A stretch of 62,854 nt of DNA, taken from a virus. The notes beneath the pieces were generated by a model. The model did not search any database. It had not been told where the DNA came from and saw only the letters and a program-made list of their open reading frames with translations. Shown one piece after another: positions 59,135-62,854 of the stretch. The position numbers and the translations under genes are program-made. How positions within the stretch are numbered: position 1 is the stretch's first letter; each line of letters starts with the position of its first letter. The stretch covers positions 1-62,854 of IMG/VR virus record IMGVR_UViG_3300000062_000002; one strand, written 5' to 3'.

Positions 59135-60274
59135 CTAACGGTTTCCCAAATATTCAATTTGAATAGCGGGTATGTACTGTTCATCTACGACTTTGTCACG
59201 AATTAAACCTTCACGTTTAGTTTGAAGCGTGGCTTGGCCTCTTCCGTACCCATATATTACAACAGTCTCGCCTTTCAGAAGTTTTGGCTCTTTTACAATT
59301 CGGTTGTCTTTGATAAGAACATCTTGCCCGTTAATTGTTCCCTGATAGTCACCTTGCCCAAAATTAAAAAATTTTTGCACTTCAACCTCTTTTATGTACA
59401 CAGTAACTTTTATTGGAATAGTCTTGTATTTTTCAGGATAACGCTGCAAGTCAAGATAGCTTGGCGATTCAGCTTGTTCGATGAATTTTTCATATGCCAA
59501 TTGAGCTTCTATTATTGCCTGTTCTGCTAACTCTTTTTCCTGCTCTGCTAGTGCCTCTTCCTTTTCTTGCCTAATTTCGGCATACTCTTCCATTTTTAAA
59601 ATGTCTCTGTCATTGGCTAACTCAACTCTTGCATTTTCAACATTTAATGTGCCAGCATATTTGCCAACAACAACTCCAGTAACTGTTATAATTTCACCCT
59701 TAGAAATTGTTCTGCTAAGTTCTTCAATCGAATCAATTTCAATCCTATCATAAGAATATTTTCCTAATTCATCATTTATAAGTATTTCACCATCAGACCC
59801 AATATCAGATACTTTCCCAGTGAACTTTACCCACTCGTTTTTGTATACGCTATCCGAGTAATAATCCCACATATCAACGTAATCAACTGACATAACATTT
59901 TTCGGGGTATATTCATTACTTGAAACATTAGAGCTTTCGGACTTGCTTGATGATTCGTTTTTACTCGATGAATCAGAGTCGGAACTTGGAGTGATAGTAT
60001 TAATAAATGCACAAAGTACAATAAAAATTACAATTGAAATCAAGCAGCCTTTTGCTTTACTTTTTTGAGGTTTTGAAGCGGACATATTTGCACTTGTTAC
60101 ACCTAAGTTACCTCTAATTGGTTCAGGCTTAACATGTTCAACGGGTTCGATTGTTGGCTTGGGTGCAGAAACTTCAATGACGGATTGCTTTTCCGTTGGA
60201 CACCCGCAATTTGGACAAGCTGCCGCCTTGTCGCTAAACTCTTTGCTACATTCAGAACATATTATTAAAGCCAT
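59135..60274 (-). CDS. Zinc-ribbon / single-TM / Ser-rich linker / extracytoplasmic-domain protein
   Basis: CSECSKEF..CPNCGC, TM CLISIVIFIVLCAFINTI, a Ser-rich linker, then a roughly 270-aa domain. Confidence 0.55.
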   Translation of the reverse strand: MALIICSECSKEFSDKAAACPNCGCPTEKQSVIEVSAPKPTIEPVEHVKPEPIRGNLGVTSANMSASKPQKSKAKGCLISIVIFIVLCAFINTITPSSDSDSSSKNESSSKSESSNVSSNEYTPKNVMSVDYVDMWDYYSDSVYKNEWVKFTGKVSDIGSDGEILINDELGKYSYDRIEIDSIEELSRTISKGEIITVTGVVVGKYAGTLNVENARVELANDRDILKMEEYAEIRQEKEEALAEQEKELAEQAIIEAQLAYEKFIEQAESPSYLDLQRYPEKYKTIPIKVTVYIKEVEVQKFFNFGQGDYQGTINGQDVLIKDNRIVKEPKLLKGETVVIYGYGRGQATLQTKREGLIRDKVVDEQYIPAIQIEYLGNR

Positions 60275-60502
60275 ATTTTTCTCCTGAAAATTATTTCTAT
60301 ACTATTTTTTACTATTTTTCGACAAGTTTCTCCATGTTTCTGCAATATAATTTATTTGTTGGCAGAGTATCACCAAAATCCGCTTGACTTTTTAGAACAT
60401 ACGTTTTATAATACAAGCACATGATGGAAAGGACGGACGAAATGGCTAACAAAATCAAAGAAAAAGATACATACAACAAACAAACAGAAGCAGAGAAAAG
60501 AC

Positions 60503-60895
60503 TTATTTATCTTCTTCGGATGAATCCTGAGCAAGACGTGCTTTTTCAGCAGCTTCTAACGCAGCCATTGCCGCCGCCTGTAACTCTGGAGTTGCGGCAC
60601 GATACAACTTGATATATTCTTTTTCTTTGGCTGTAAGCTCGTCATCTTCTTGGATGGCGGGTTTTTCTTCTACTAAATCGGCCTTTGATATGCCAAAGTA
60701 GTGCGACATAATTTCAATTTTGTCTATGCGTGGATAAGTTTTTCCGTTCAACCAATCTGTCAATGTTGTATATGGCACATTTAGTGCTTCGCACAATTCT
60801 TGTCTTGTTTTATTGTTTTTTTTCATATGATACTGAATGTTTTCGGCCATTGTCTGTTTATTGCCTAGATTGTTTTTCAATGTTTCCACCTCCAC
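60503..60895 (-). CDS. CI-like XRE-family repressor
   Basis: NKTRQELCEALNVPYTTLTDWLNGKTYPRIDKIEIMSHYFGISKADL plus a C-terminal helical tail. The start is uncertain (GTG 60895, TTG 60880 or ATG 60850). Confidence 0.75.
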   Translation of the reverse strand: MEVETLKNNLGNKQTMAENIQYHMKKNNKTRQELCEALNVPYTTLTDWLNGKTYPRIDKIEIMSHYFGISKADLVEEKPAIQEDDELTAKEKEYIKLYRAATPELQAAAMAALEAAEKARLAQDSSEEDK

Positions 60896-60905
60896 AAATT
60901 CAGTA

Positions 60906-60998
60906 TACGGTATTTCCGTAAAAAAATCAAGAAAAAGTCAAAAAAACTCTTGACTTTACGGTTTAACCGTAATATAATAAAAATACGGAATTTCCGTA
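60906..60998. promoter_or_regulatory. Divergent switch region with three TACGG-N5-CCGTA operators and TTGACT-17-TATAAT (rightward) / TTGATT-17-TATACT (leftward) promoters
   Basis: O1 at 60906..60920. O2 at 60956..60972 fills the spacer between TTGACT (60950..60955) and TATAAT (60973..60978). O3 at 60984..60998. Confidence 0.8.
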
Positions 60999-61016
60999 AT
61001 GAAAGGAGTGAAACGG

Positions 61017-61205
61017 TTGGTAACACTTAAAGCAGCAAGAGTAAACAAAGGACTTACCCAAGTAGAAGCAGCAAAAAGGCTTGGAATAAGCGTTGACACA
61101 CTTGGAAATTATGAGCGTGGTAAATATTTTCCGGATGTTCCTGAAATCGAAAAAATAGAGAATCTTTATGGTGTGGAGTATAAAGATATTTTTTTTAAAA
61201 AATAA
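61017..61205 (+). CDS. Cro-like XRE-family HTH protein
   Basis: LKAARVNKGLTQVEAAKRLGISVDTLGNYERGKYFPD. AAAGGAG RBS 8 nt before TTG 61017 (the ORF track starts at 60999). Confidence 0.75.
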   Translation: MVTLKAARVNKGLTQVEAAKRLGISVDTLGNYERGKYFPDVPEIEKIENLYGVEYKDIFFKK

Positions 61206-61222
61206 TTACGGTTTAACCGTAA
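61206..61222. promoter_or_regulatory. Fourth operator copy (TTACGGtttaaCCGTAA), identical to O2
   Basis: 17/17 identical to 60956..60972. Located directly after the cro-like stop. Confidence 0.7.
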
Positions 61223-61334
61223 ACAGAGAACGACGAGACAGCGTAGGGGGGATGAAACCATGAACGAACATTTCTGGAAAGGCTATTTGATTGGAACACT
61301 TGTAAGCGGCAGTTGTATGATTCTTGCCTTTATC

Positions 61335-61589
61335 TTACCCAAAATATTTCCCTAGAAAAAAACTAACAAATGTCATAATTATCGTTGTGCTCAAACCAGT
61401 CCAAAAATAGATGCTGGCTTTTCTTTCAGCTTTGGTTGCTCTTTCCTCTGATTGCTCATTCAAAGCTTTAAGTTCTTTGATTTCAACAGCCATTTTGTTG
61501 ATATTTTCGATAAACTCATGCGAATCATTATCAACTTCATACTTTGGAATTTGACTTGCGATAAATTCATAATCATAACCAATTTTCAT
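61335..61589 (-). CDS. Hypothetical C-terminally membrane-anchored protein
   Basis: 84 aa with an AAGGGGA RBS. Coiled segment, then the TM IYFWTGLSTTIIMTFVSFFLG. Confidence 0.5.
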   Translation of the reverse strand: MKIGYDYEFIASQIPKYEVDNDSHEFIENINKMAVEIKELKALNEQSEERATKAERKASIYFWTGLSTTIIMTFVSFFLGKYFG

Positions 61590-62054
61590 GTGTTGTTATC
61601 CCCTTAACCGCTAAAATGAGGTGCCTTGTAGAAAATGAAGAAACAAAAACAGCCAGTGGTGAATGCACTGACTGCTCATGCCTTTATTTGTTGTCCTGAA
61701 CCCTGTTGCAGTTTGCAATCCACCGGCAACGGACTGCTTGCATTTGCAAATGATTACCATAATTCACAGTTCTCTGGCGGCCAAAATGTCTATGCATTTT
61801 GCTTTTCTTACAAACGCAACCTCATTCACAGGTCACTTCTTGGCAAGGCGCTTCACTTTAGCGGTTAAAGGTTCCGCTGTACATTTGCCCGACGCATCCA
61901 CTTTAATCAAGACTGGGCAATTTCAAAAGTTTGGTCAATGAGACCAACTCCTCTCTTGCCACAATCGGCAAACACATTATACCGCAAAATATTGTGGCTT
62001 TCAAGGGAAAATCATTCAATAAGACACAAAACACAGCGTAAAGGAGAATTAACA

Positions 62055-62222
62055 ATGACACTCAAAGAAATGCAAACCAATTTACTTGAAACGCTTTACA
62101 AGGAGACTATCCACAACCTTGAACAGGGAGATTTAACAAAAGAGCAAAGGTATCAAATGCTAAAAGAAACAGCTAATGTGTTTGCTTTTTCACTTCCTAA
62201 ACTAGAAAATGCGGCCAAATAA
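62055..62222 (+). CDS. Hypothetical 55-aa protein
   Basis: AAAGGAGA RBS before ATG 62055 (the ORF-track extension from 61938 looks non-coding). Confidence 0.5.
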   Translation: MTLKEMQTNLLETLYKETIHNLEQGDLTKEQRYQMLKETANVFAFSLPKLENAAK

Positions 62223-62238
62223 ATGACCGCAAATCCCA

Positions 62239-62424
62239 CTAAACTTTATACCATTCCGTGTGGCCGCATTTGGAACACTCTGGCAAGGTTCTTCCCATCT
62301 CTGGAACAATAAATGCTTCATTGTCTTCTACACATTGCATGCACACATATGTTCCGGGTTTGGGATTTTCGCCTGAATGGTATTGATTTTTTGCATCATC
62401 CAAAAAATCATTAAAATCAGACAT
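62239..62424 (-). CDS. Hypothetical zinc-ribbon protein
   Basis: 61 aa; CMQC ... CSKCGH. Confidence 0.5.
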   Translation of the reverse strand: MSDFNDFLDDAKNQYHSGENPKPGTYVCMQCVEDNEAFIVPEMGRTLPECSKCGHTEWYKV

Positions 62425-62442
62425 TATGATATCCCCTTTATT

Positions 62443-62652
62443 TCATTTTGTCTCAACGGAATAGTGCGAATCGCTGACAAGTATTTCATATTCTTCCAAA
62501 ACATCAAATATGATTTTTTCTGCATCGCTTCTTTCCTCAAAATCATTCATGTCTATTGTTCCGAGTTCACAAAGAGCAGTAGTTATTTCACCTTTCAAAT
62601 CTGAAATGCTTTTTGTAAAACAGCTTTTGATTTGTTTTTCGGAAATAATCAT
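62443..62652 (-). CDS. Hypothetical acidic protein
   Basis: AAAGGGGGTG RBS before ATG 62652 (the ORF track starts at 62709). Confidence 0.5.
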   Translation of the reverse strand: MIISEKQIKSCFTKSISDLKGEITTALCELGTIDMNDFEERSDAEKIIFDVLEEYEILVSDSHYSVETK

Positions 62653-62739
62653 ATTTTCACCCCCTTTCAATAGCATTATATCATAGTTGACCGTTAAAAA
62701 AGACAACAAAAAAAGAAAAAAAGGTCATATGAACATAAT

Positions 62740-62854
62740 ATGAACAAATGCGAAATTTCAAAAAAAACGGCAGGAAGAGAAACTGTAATAAATGTGATAA
62801 ACTACGCAATTTATCAGGGTGAAGATAATGACAACGGCAGGATAGGGGCAGATA
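62740..62854 (+). pseudogene. 5' part of the truncated replication-initiator duplicate (continues at 1..178). 62781..62854 duplicates 1..74.
   Basis: Identity to 11307..11421 apart from 3 mismatches. The terminal 74 bp are identical to the window start. Confidence 0.6.

Noticed and set aside
61635-61941. ORFs 61635..61868 and 61678..61941 as protein-coding genes
   Set aside because: They overlap in different frames, have poor or distant RBSs and show unusual composition (CCPEPCC, runs of F/L/H). They are kept only as part of an unexplained region.
1-62854. tRNA, tmRNA or rRNA genes
   Set aside because: A visual scan found no T-loop-like GGTTCGAATCC-type motif with a matching acceptor stem on either strand. 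A tRNAscan or Infernal run would be needed to be certain.

Overview
The window looks like a complete, circularly closed genome of a temperate siphovirus-type phage. The last 74 bp (62781..62854) are identical to 1..74, so the unique length is about 62,780 bp. Expression signals are low-GC Gram-positive (Clostridia-like): GGAGG ribosome-binding sites, sigma-A consensus promoters and a large serine integrase.

Layout:
- **Early region, + strand, 175..21861.** SbcC/Rad50-like ATPase, RecT, MBL-fold hydrolase, SLT transglycosylase, Rha, pentapeptide-repeat protein, SSB, iteron-containing replication initiator, primase-helicase, decayed C5-methyltransferase (MTase), SNF2 helicase, N6/N4 MTase, RecU, many small ORFs, then the serine integrase and a candidate attP.
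- **Late region, - strand, 22017..48191.** att-proximal cargo genes of unknown function, a lysis cassette, tail fibre/Tal/tape-measure genes, tail chaperones with a GGGAAAC -1 frameshift site, tail tube, neck, capsid, scaffold, portal, TerL and TerS. Several insertions interrupt this block.
- **Accessory/immunity island, 48.6..62.7 kb.** A RepL-like protein and three Panacea (DUF4065) proteins: one in an RHH-PanA-MazF-like operon, one overlapping a membrane-protein gene, one orphan. Also a 902-aa J-domain::N6A-MTase fusion, a Bro-N/KilAC antirepressor and an ERCC4 nuclease. A ToxN/CptN-like ORF follows a promoter, tandem-repeat RNA and terminator (candidate type III toxin-antitoxin, TA). A CI/Cro switch has four TACGG-N5-CCGTA operators.

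I saw no rRNA, tRNA or CRISPR array. All family assignments come from motif recognition by eye, not from database searches.
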